This document shows, one piece after another, positions 12,601 to 24,600 of a stretch of 64,000 nt of DNA. Within the stretch, counting starts at the first letter, position 1. Every line of letters begins with the position of its first letter. The stretch is from Octopus sinensis (taxonomy: Eukaryota), in the NCBI RefSeq assembly GCF_006345805.1, contig NC_043015.1:15686001-15750000 (forward strand), in the 5' to 3' direction. Both the position numbers and the translations under genes were made by a program. Under the pieces are notes generated by a model. The model was given only the letters and a program-made list of their open reading frames with translations. It searched no databases and was not told where the DNA came from.

Positions 12601-15600
12601 TTGACCAACAATTATTATCAGTTCAACAATCATTAGTCCAACGATTATCAATCTAACAATAGTTTTTATAAAAATCATTAGTCCAATGACTAGCGCAATG
12701 AAAATTAGTCTAACAACTATTACTCCAACGAAAATCAATTCAACAATGACTGCTCCATCCATCATTAATCCAACAACCAACAGTAGAGCGATCGCTTGTC
12801 AAACCATCAGTAGTCCAACAATAGTTATTCCAACAATCACGGGTCCAACAATCATTAGCATAGCAATAGTCAGTGCACCAATAATCTGTCCAACTATAGT
12901 CACTTCAACAATCATTAGTCTAACAAGCTCTAATCCAACACTCATTTCTTTTACAATTATCAATAGAACAATCATTTGTTCAACAATCATCAATCTAACA
13001 ATAATTAGTCCAACAAGGATTAATCTGACAATCATTTATTCTAAATTCCTTAAATTAACTTACATCATTTTACAAATCATTATTCAACCGACCATTTTTC
13101 ATTTGACCCCAGACATTAGCCAAAAATCATTTTCTATCATTTAACACTTCAATGGACCATAGTTCCAGCGATCACCAATCTAACAATCGAAGTTATCCAA
13201 CAACCATTCGTAATTCAACCATTAAGCCCACAACTGTAGCGTAGACTCAGTTGTAATTCCTCTATCCCATTTATTATATATACGTGCATTCGAACGTAGC
13301 AGGGAAAGCTAGCTTTTGGCAGCTATTTGGATCCCATTGTGTCTACTACACTGATTGGTTGGTATTGGTGCAATTAGTTTCTTACTCTGTCGCACCATCT
13401 GCAGTGTATAACAAGTTGCAGGCCCTAAATACGATCACGTGCGACAGCCTGTTCTCTACCCTGTTTTGAGCCTACAGTTCCTTATAAAAATTCAGCTTTT
13501 CCTCTTTCGAGGTCTTTGGTTCCAGACTGTCGTTCGCTCACATTCTTACGTGATATATTTGCTTGTGTTTACCTTGAAGGTTAGTCGTTATAATTGTTGC
13601 CTGCTTGCAGGAATTGTTACATTGTACTTGTTGGTTTCTCGTAAGGGAAACGTTGTTAAAATTTCTTGTCTGTGTTAATATTGAGAACTGTTATCCTCTC
13701 CCAAGGGGGAAGGATATATAAATTGTGTTTACCGCTTGCAGTTAAGTTTGAACCGCGTTTCCTTTCGGAACAAAAATTGTGGAATTTTGAATATTTTTCT
13801 TTTTTTAATATTTAAAAAAAAATGTCTTCTGTAGAAGAACAAAATAGAAAAAAAAAAAAAGAATTTTTCCGCCGCTGTTGGTGGACGTGAAACAATTATA
13901 TTGAAAAAGAAAGACATTCAGGCTTACTATGGAATGCTTACCGAAGAAAACGGTGAAAGCAAAATAACACTACCAAGTGAAATAAGGAACACGACAAAAG
14001 AAAAGACAATTATATACAAATCATATGATGTAGAAAAGAAAAGACTAGAGTTTTTGAAGAAAGTATAGTTGAAAGGTGTCTCGGGTCGGTGATGAACGAA
14101 ATAAAGTACCTAACCCGAGGTACAAGGTACGCCACCATTGAAGCAAGGTTCGAGTCGATTGAGAAGACAAGAGAGTTCTCAACTAGAACCTTGCAATGTG
14201 GCAGCATCACGCTACTGCCTCTATATCTGGGACGCAGAACGTCCCGGATAAGGATTAAAAACAGAGGTGAAGGTGGCATGGATCGTTTCCACACTCCTCT
14301 ACAAGAGAGAGGACAAAATAAATATCATTCAGATCTCCAGAGACGCTCCACAGAATTGGTGGGGTCAAACTCTGGAGATCTTAGCACAAGCAACAAGTCT
14401 GGATTTGGAAAGTTTACTCGAGACGATACATATAGAGGAATCAGTATTGGCAGTACATGAGGAGGGGAGAAGACCCAGGTGCTTTGATTGTGGAAAAAAG
14501 GGCACCTGAGGTCAAAATGCCCCACAAAAAATGAAGGACAAGGAAGCAGAGGAGGAGGAGGAGGAAGAGAAAAACGAAGAGACGGTCCCCCAGCCACGGA
14601 GACTGTGACAGAGCAGGTGACCACCTCCACTAGTAAAACTGACCCCAAGGGGAAAAATAAGGAAGCGGCACTTCTGGCCAAGGAGGCTGTTACACAGAGA
14701 GTGACCGCCTCTACCAGTAAAAATGACCTTAAGGAGAAAGATGGAGAAGTGGCGCGACCGCCTCCATTAGTGGGGAAAAATCCCAAGAAACCAGAGTCAG
14801 TTGTGACACCGCCAGCTGAAAATATGGACTTCCTGACGGTGTCACGTAAGAGAACCAAAAGAATGGAGTCGCCCACCAATACACAGGAAGCGGTCCCAAA
14901 ACCAAAATTATCAAGAAACCCGAACTGAAGGGAAAAGGAAAAGAAAGAAAACTAATTTATGTCGGTGACAATCGATATTCCTGAAAGAGAAGATACTGCG
15001 ACAATCGCATACAAAATAATAAATACCTGGATAGGGTCATCCCTATATGTCAATGGCAATAAGATGAGCCCAGTGACGTTGGGAAAAATTTCCCGAAAAC
15101 TATACAACGAACTCAAAAACAGGCACCCAAAAGAAATAGCAGAATTGAAAAAACTACCGAAGGTATTTAACCCGTCGGTTGAACCATTTTTGTACGAAAG
15201 AAAGGAGGTGAGGAACTTGTCCTAGAAATACTGAGAATAACCCAACCACCACACGAATGATGAATGAGCAGGTAAGCTCGAATTTCCTTTTTTTTCGTGT
15301 TTGACATGGCTGCGCTATGCATTGCGTGTTTAAATGTCCGTGGCCTGGGTTCGAAGAAGAAGCAGGCTTGCCGCTTCGACGAGCTCAGGTCAAACAGAAT
15401 TGATATTATGGTTGCTACAGAGATCAGGCTAGACAAGCTGCAGGCCTTCTCAACTCTCTAGACTATGAGAAAATCATTTCTCCTAGCCGGGGGAGAAGAG
15501 GTGTTGTAGTTTTGCTCCGGAAAAGCCTGGCCCTGCAGACACGTACGATCTTCGTTGACCTAGAAGGCGAGCCGGTCGTTCTGGATCTGACATACAGAGG

Positions 15601-18600
15601 TAAGGCCTTCAGGTTGGTTGGCATCTACGCGCCTGGCACGCCACGCAAACTGGATGAGTTTTATCGACGCCTGGAGAACTTTCATGTGACATCAAGGACA
15701 CTAGTTTTGCTAGGTGATTTTAACGCTATTCTGGATGCACGCCTGGATAGCGTAGGCTCGAATGTTAGGAAGTGTAACTCACACCTCGTCGATCTACTGA
15801 AGCGATTTAGGCTGGCAGATCGATAAAGACTTGATAATCCGAGCGTTCCAATGTGGATTTGGTCTAATAACTACGGATCTATCAGGTCTTATGTAGTCAG
15901 GATAATAGTTAATGCTAGAGATAAGTCTAGTTTAAGCTGTTCGCAGTTTACCTATGTACCCTATACGGATCAAAAATTAGTGACGTGTAGGCTGCATATA
16001 GATAAGGTTCATAGACAGAGATCTGGCTATTGGAAGTTAAACAAGTCCCTATTGGATTGCGAAACTTACTGTAGCCAGATTAATGTGTTAGTAATGAGGT
16101 CACTAACCGGCTCTGTGATTAACAACCGGTGGTGGAGTACCCTAAAATGAGCTATTCGACTTGAGTCGATTAGATTTAGCAAGCAGTTAAGTCTAGAGCA
16201 GACTAGAGTAGAAAGGGAATTAGTTAAGGCATTTGAAGAGGCACTGAGTATGGGCTCTGCATCCCAAGTGTTGGCAGCAAGATCGGCCCTGGACCGACAC
16301 CTCAATGTTAAACACGAAGGATGCAGAGTCCGGGCTAAAATACGTGCACTGGGCCGCGAGGGAATCAATGTTACAGGGTGGGATCGCTCGGAAGAAACCC
16401 GACGTTGCATGGAGGCTACGAGAAGGTCTGTGGTAGACGAGCATGGACAGGAGATCCAAGGACAAGAAGAGATGCGCAAGGCTTTCGCAAGAACTTTGCA
16501 ACGTTGTTCGGGAGGAGCGGGGCGCTAGACCATGAGGATGCACTCCGGCATTTTCTGGCCGGCGGCCCGCGTCTTTCGACGCGTGACGCTGAGCACTGTA
16601 AAGGGCCGAGGAGGTTATAGAGGTGTTTTCCGATTGCCCCGGGGACAAGTCGCCGGCATTGGATGGTCTACCTTATGAATTTTATAAAAGTATGCCAGAT
16701 TTGTTCGGGAACGTACTGTCCTATTTATATGCGAATTGGCAGCAGAATGGGAGAATTCCCAAATCTGTAAGCTGAGGAGTGGTGACACTGATCAAGAAGG
16801 ACCCTAACAAGGGGAATAACATTAATAATTTTCGGCCCATAATTCTGCTAAGCACAGAGTTTAAGCTTTTGACCAAGGTGCAAGCCAAAAGAGTGAGGAT
16901 TGTCGTGGGCGACCTGGTAGGAGAGGCACAGACATGTGCCATCCCAGGAAGGACAATACATGACAACCTTCACCTCATTCGCTACACCATACAGTTGATT
17001 GGTAAAATTCCTTGCAAAAGTGGGGCACTGGTGAATTTAGACCAGTCTAAGGTATTCGATAGGGTCGACCATCGGTATCTGGCGACGGTCCTCCGGGCGG
17101 TCGGATTGGGCCCAACTTTCCGAGGCAACATCGAATCTGTCGTCCGGGTAAATGGGTTCTTCTCGAACCCCTTCGTAATCGAGCGTTCGGTTCGCCAGGG
17201 CTGCCCCCTGTCCCCGCTGCGGTATGTATTGGCTCTTGCGCCGCTGCTGCGGAGGTTGGGAACTATGGGAGCAGACCCGCGTGATTTGTATTACGGTAAA
17301 AGTGCGACGGCATATGCGGATGATGTTACCATCACCGTGTCTGATGAAGAGCAGATACCTCGTGTAGAAGACAGCATCAAAGGATGCGAAGCGGTGGCAG
17401 GGGCAAAAATTAAGCAGGAGAAATCAGTTGGCTTGCAACTCGGCAAGGAAGGGCTGAGGTTGCACAAGTGTTTATAGCATCGGTGATAACCTACCGCCTA
17501 ACCGTCGTGCTTTGCCCCGGTTTGTGGCTGACCAAGTTGGAACGGATCCTTTTTCGCTTTTTGTGGGAAGAGAAAATGCCACTCGTGAGGTGCTCCATCT
17601 GCTGCCAAAATCTGTTAAAGGGTGGGCTGGGGATGCCTTGGCTGATGATGCACAAGTACGCGCTAAGGCTGAGACATCTCTGGTGCTACTTAGATGGTGA
17701 GCAGGTGTGGTCATCGCATGCCAAGCAACTCTTTCCACAACTGAAGTCCCTCAGGGACTTAGGTACATGCATCAAGCGGAGACCTAGGATGGGAGAATTG
17801 CAGAGGGAGTGCAGACAAGCACTCACTCTGTTCTCTCGGACGAGCAATACCGGCAGCGAGGTTACCACTGCAGATTTTTATAGAGGGTTGGTAGAGCATA
17901 ATTCCGACGATGTCCTGGGGGAGACTCTGAGCTTCGATGAGGAGCAACTGACCAACCTGTTCGGAAGGACATTCCGGCCGAGGTACCTGGATGACTTCCA
18001 GAAATTCTTGGCTTGGTTGTGCTACCGATCGGCCTTACCGGTTCGAGAGATGTTGTCTAGACACGGTTTTGACACCATCCCCACATGTCCGAGGTGCGGG
18101 CGCGCCAGCGAAACTGTCGTGCACGCCTTCGTACACTGTGAGGAGTTGAGAGAGTTGATAACATATGTCGAACAACTGATGTCAGATGCAGAGATAGTAC
18201 GGCTCTCGACTAAGTCAATGATTAAGATCGTACCGCCTTCTTCCTTCAACAAGGAAAAGAAGGCATCGTTTTTCTGCGAAGTAGCCATACTGAAAGAAAC
18301 GGTATAGACGACACGAGCGAAAGGGACTGGGACTGGTCCCTTCATGTCCGGATTCGGGTTGGTAAGCTATTTCAACTTCCACCTGTCGAGAAAGATCCGT
18401 CTGGAGAAAAAGTGCCTGTCGCAAAGTACGTTCGGGAAAAGATGGATATCTGTAGTAAGGAATTTGAGAATGAATGGGGTCGTGCTAGCATAGCCGGTCA
18501 AGGCGAAAAGAAGGAAAAAGGAAAAAAAAAACCAAAGGAGAAAATTTTAAAAACCAGCGGGTTAACCATAAAAAATATTCCGGAACATTATTTATAAATT

Positions 18601-21600
18601 TTTAATTGTATATAATTTTATTTCATCCTTTTATCCGATTTTTTCGATTTTTTGTTTCCATTTCATCGCAACCCAAACCATTTGTAAGAATGTAAGTGTT
18701 CGTCCCTTGTAGTGTCCCTTCTATGTATACCTTTTATAGGTAGATAAAAAAATTCTTTGGTCCCAGACCTTCTAAGGTCTAGCCACTAACCACAAAGACA
18801 CAGCCAGTTCCCGCGACAACGCCAGCCAAACACCACCACAGTAGCTACGTTGAGACTCACCAACTTCGTCCAACAGCATTACGGCAACCTCTGACTTCGT
18901 CACCACCATGTCCTTAACACCGTCAACATCATCTCTCTATGTTCACAGCTCAGCAAGCAAATCACCCAGGTTCCAACATTTCACTGTTCGTGAATCATTT
19001 TACCATGGATCAACAGCGAATATACAACCTGCATGAACTCCTGTACCGAGTGACCCAGGCAGCAGCATCACAGTCACGACTTCACGTATGACATATATCT
19101 GTAACCGGCTCAGCATCACGGTCGCGGCTTCTTGATACAGTATTTCAACTACCGAGTACCGTTGACTACGAACTGGTGTTATTCATCATCTTTCTTGTGT
19201 CTATGATCTTACTTCTCAATTCGATGGCTATAGACTCTTTCACTGTCTTCTTCATTGCCATCCTTATATGTACTTAACACACACGCATACACATATACAT
19301 ACATTTTGTTCTCATGACGTCTTGTCTATTATTCTATATACATAACGCACACACAGACACACATGTTAACATATCAATAAATCTTTTCTTAATCATTCTA
19401 CGCGGTTGCTGTCTTCTTTTTCCATCTGGCAAGTAAATGGTTCTATCAATTTTCTCTTTTATTGTAACAGCTGTGTGATGTGGTACTAAAGAGCCATTCT
19501 CTTCACCTCACATCGTACGGTTCCTTACAAATTGGTGACCCGGCTTAGAACATACATTCACGGCCCCTTTACACAACCAATGTTCAACAAATATGAGTAA
19601 AACAACTATCACTCCGAAAATTATCAAACAAAATTCATTATTCCAACAATAATTAGTTTAATAATGATTAAACAACTCCTACCCCGAAAATCATCAGTCC
19701 AACCATTGTTTCAATAATCATGTCGCTCTCAACAGTCGAAAAATCTTCATTTCTATAATCCTGACTCTAACAGTCATTAGCCTAACGATCCTTGATTCGG
19801 ATAGGATTAGTATAATAACTATCATTCTGACAATCACCAGTTTAAATAATCAGTCGAATCAACAGTCCAGCTCGCTAGCTCTACAATCATAAATCAATCA
19901 TTAGTTCAACGATCATAAATCAATCATTAGTTCAACGATCATAAATCAATCATTAGTTCAACGATATATATTCTATCAATCAAAAATATAAATAATCAAT
20001 GGAAATCAATAATCAAGCGTTCAACAGTCCAACAATTGTTAGACCAACACTAAGTAGTTTAACATCCGTTAGTTGTATATCCATTAGTCAAAAGATCCCT
20101 TTAATGATCTCTAATCATTATTCCAATACTGACATGTGAGAAACGAAGTAGCCGCTTTGTATAATTCTAAGTTAACGTTCTATGGCGGATTAAATTTGTG
20201 AATAAGATTTATTGAATGATGAATTTAAAGGAAATAGAAAATTAATTTAAAGAATTATCATACTTATATTTTTAATGGGAATCAAGTAGATTGCATCAGT
20301 AGAGTGTTGAATAATAAGTATTGGACAATAAGCATCGACTTTCTGACAAATAGTCCTGCCTTAAAAGAATTACAGCCTTCGTAGGAAATTACCGAAATTT
20401 TCCATTCTCATGATTCGAACGACTACAACTTTCTATGAAATCAAGACAACTGACTGCGATGCACTCCACTGAATAACCAAATTGTATTCCAGAATTTGCT
20501 GAAACTATGGAAGCCTGTAAGCGCTACATTTTCGGTAGTCACACAATTTTCACCAAAGTACAGAAGTACAAAACCTGCATTCTTCACGGATTATTGTGCA
20601 TATAAACTTTTATAGACTATCGAACACTTTTCCTTGCATGCACCCGTTTCTTTTCTTGCATAGGACACTCCTCCCTTCAAGTTTGTGATTCTACATGGCT
20701 TTCCTTGGTTTACATTATTTTGTGCTATTTAATATTCTTTCTGCCCTGTAAAATTTTATTTGCTTACATGTTAACATGTATATAAGCCTACAACACAATT
20801 TTCTTAAACTTTAATGCCGTGAAGTCGAATTCTGCGAAGAAATTCACATGCATGTTTTTCTCTTCACGTATCTTTGGCACTTGCTCATTTTTTCATGCAC
20901 TCATATCGCTCATTGTTTTCTTCCCCTATTGCATCATTTTTCGATACAAGTTTCTCTTAGATGTTTGCAGATTTTTCGCAGATTATTTTATAGTTGTACT
21001 ATAACGTTCATACATACATGCATGCATACCTACACCCAGTTACACACGTGCACTTTAATATTTGTGCCTACTCAGCTCTTTTCTCGGCTAAAAGCACGTC
21101 GGATGTTTGGTCATGCTCTTTGCGTCCTTGCTTCCAGGCACAACTTACATCTGTAAGACTCCAAGATACACAACGCGCCAGCATGTCTCTTACACGTTAT
21201 CGTCCTTGCTTACCCACTGCAACTGTATATAACTACAATACTAGACTCACTTGGCCTCTGCACTTCTTTCAAAGTACTAACAACTGCATGTATACTTTTG
21301 CCAGAAACTTTCCCGAAATTGCTTGCCTGGCACTACATCAATCTATAACATCACACTATGTATTCAGAATTTCGAACGTTCTTCAATTTTCATAGTGCAC
21401 ATTCCTGCAATTTTTCCAATTTTCGAAAATTCGTTTTCGACAAATTATCTGAAACGAGGGTAATATAACAAACAGCTACAGAATGCCTCAGCTAAGACTC
21501 GAAACTGAATCCACATTTTTCCACATTGTCAAACAAGTTCTCAGCGTATGGTCTTTATCAAATGCACTGAGAGATTGACCAGAAAAAGCAAACTTCTTAC

Positions 21601-24600
21601 CGTTACTAACAGCATACTGTCTTTCTCTCTAGCAGTAACAGAGATGAAACTAAATAACTATCTTACAGAATGGAGATCTACAAACCGTATATACAAACAA
21701 CTCGACGAAGTTGCATATATTGTAACGATTTGTATTATAATCACCTTCAATATTGTCACAATAATTGATATATAATAAATGGCCACATTAATAATCAGTC
21801 AAGTAATATTATTCATTCACTCACTTCTATGATGCATCTTCACATTAAATTTCGTCATTACATGCCTTTGTTAGCAAAGCTATTGAATAATTGTTTCAAA
21901 TTTTGGTTCAGAGTACCAGTGTTCAACTATTTTATCGATCCCGCAAGGATGAAAGACGCCGACGACCTCGGCGGAATTTGAACTCAGAACTTAAAGAGCC
22001 GAAAGTAATACCGGTAAACGTTTTGTCTTGTGCAGTAACGATTCTACCAGCTTGTCGCTTTACTTTTGTGGATAAGAACAATGAATAGAAGAAACACATA
22101 AAAACAGAACAAACACTTACAAAAAGGATAATATATCTTACCCCCTATTTTGGCATCATACGCTACGCCAACACCACAGACACTATTGTTCGCTTCTGCT
22201 GCCACTACTCCTGCACAGTGGGTACCGTGACTAGAAAAGAACCACACAGAAATAATTCTACAATATTTATATGGTAACACTATAAAGAATTTGTTTTGGA
22301 AAGGATAACTTTATAAAAGAAAACATTGAAGAATGGTTAAATTTATATATGAAATTATTTTGGAATCAATAGTTTTACAAAGGATATTTTTTCAGAATAG
22401 AGTAGTAAGTTTACTGCAGACAGACTTTTTATATAATTTATGTTTTAAAGTAATGCGTAAAGATCACAACATTCTTTTTATGCTCCGTAACCTCCAGCTA
22501 ACATGTGAGAATATGGTATTCACAGAAGACAAAAGCCAAAACTTCAGTAGAAACTTTTTGTATAATTATGATCAGTGAAAAGGGATGACATCTGTCGACT
22601 ATTGGAAAATTTGTTACCAGATTTCAGAAATTATTACTTCCAGAAGAAAAGATCGTTTTAGGTTATTTTTCAACTTCTTTGAAACTTCAAAACAAATTGT
22701 TTGTATCTCCTTTGAGTGAGATTTGTTATATATCCAGTAAAACGTTTAGTTATGTTAGCTAACTATAAAGGATTGCAAACAACGTTGACATACTTTCTAT
22801 GATGTAATAAAGAACAATTTTATCCTTGATATAATAAGAATGGTGGTGAGTGCTTTTGAGCTATTTGCGTACGTCTATGAAATTTTGTGTTTTTGTAAAT
22901 GCTAGATGGGAAGGTAAGAAAATAGTAGAAACATTGTGGGCGTAGACTGTTTTACACAACAGATGTATGAGAAAATATAACAGATGATGAGATGCGTTTA
23001 AATTGGTAACAGTCACGTATTATTCTATAGTGTAACCTCGAAACTAGAACTAAAAGTTATTGCTCAAAACAAATGGGACAGACTAAATACCGCTTCAATG
23101 ACCTCTCTGAGAGTGTCTGTAGCTGAATAGCTACAGCTGCAACTTCTATTAGAAAAACAGTTCGGGGTACACAGAATTTTGACCTAAAAGCTAAATAAGT
23201 ACTTGAAGTTAAGTATGCTTCTAAATTACGAAACGCTTTTCGTAACTGGATTAACGGCAATAAAAGTTTTGAGGTGGGGATATAACATTGTTTTCTTCTC
23301 TCCTTCATTTCTGTCTCTTAACCCTTGTAAGCATTCTTCTTATTACAACACATACACATTACATCTGTCATTCGTCCCACCCACCCCATATACAACTGTA
23401 TGTACCACTTACACGCATCTTTCTATACTAGTAAATCAGAAAAACTAAACCACCTTAATTTAATTTCTTAAATTTCATTAGGGAAAATATATTTTTTAGC
23501 ATTCGGAAATGTAGTTCCCTAAGCTTAAGTCTCAGGACGGAAATTCAAGGATATTTTATTATTTTTTTTATTTAATAACATCTGTTGGAAAGAATCCAAG
23601 CAGGAAGCTACCACTTCAAAAGAGTTTTACTCATGATACCATATAACTATTGCATAATATCTAGCGTATAAAGATATATCAGTCAGTTCTCATCATGAGG
23701 TTGAACTTCCTTAGTTTCCTTTCCCCCCTCTCTCTCTCACGCATGTGATGCTTATACTTTCAACTGTAATTCCCTCGAATATTTTCTTTTTATCTTTCTA
23801 TATATATTCGCAAGGGAGAAACATCGAGGTCATGAATTGATGTCCCGATCAAAGTACTTTACTCCAGATAAACTACGATTATGCCTGTGTCAGCAATTTT
23901 ATATATGAAGCATTAAAAGTTAAAATATACGCGGCAAAAAAGAAAAAAATATAAGTCGAAGACAAATATTTTTGTCTCTTTTTTTCTGGCAAATACGAAA
24001 GATAACTTCAGGTAATAGTTTTCTTTCTCATTAAGGCAGGAGATCTGTCGCTAAATTCAGACCACTGTCTTGTAGAGTTAACTGAAAGCTAACAGCTTTC
24101 ACGTTATCTTAACAGCGAAGCTATCGTACCTCGACAGATGGGAAACTTATGTATCTTAATACAACTGAAACCAGAAATAGATTAGGAGTTGTCAGAAAAT
24201 CATTTATTAAAAAGATTTTGTACTGAACCTATCACTAACACCTGGATTGCTCGTAGAGTTAACATGGCAGCAACCTGTTTACACATGCCTTGCATTCAAA
24301 CGTGGTTAAAATCCATCAGAAAACTCAATACATTTTTTAGTTTAAGAATTATGGTCAAATTAATCGCTTTATTTACATTTGACAGATATTTGTCCTCATC
24401 CTGTTTGTTGTTAACACAACGTTTCGGCTGATATACACTCCAGCCTTCATCAGGTGTCTTGGGGGAAATTTCGAACCTTAGTTCTCATTCCTAACACATA
24501 CACATCACATCTTTCATTAACCCCACCCACCCCATATAGGAATGAGAACCCAGGTTCGAAATTTCCCCAAGACACCTGATGAAGGCTGGAGGTTATATCA

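Larger units (their letters stand above)
13494..18747 (+). mobile_element. Full-length Tx1/L1-clade non-LTR retrotransposon (about 5.25 kb), decayed
   Basis: TSD aaaaattc at 13486-13493 and 18748-18755; 5' UTR, ORF1, ORF2 (APE-RT-CCHC), pyrimidine-rich 3' UTR and A tail. Confidence 0.92.
13235..19541 (+). mobile_element. LTR-retrotransposon 5' LTR (13235-13493 + 18756-19529, about 1.03 kb) with PBS, interrupted by a LINE; internal domain absent
   Basis: Begins TGTAG, ends TTACA; TATAAAA at 13483-13489; AATAAA at 19376-19381; TGGTGACCC at 19533-19541 is complementary to the 3' end of tRNA-Trp (9 nt only). Confidence 0.65.

Noticed and set aside
11641-13234. CRISPR-like periodicity
   Set aside because: No constant repeat with unique spacers and no cas genes; the context is eukaryotic and the pattern is a decayed satellite.
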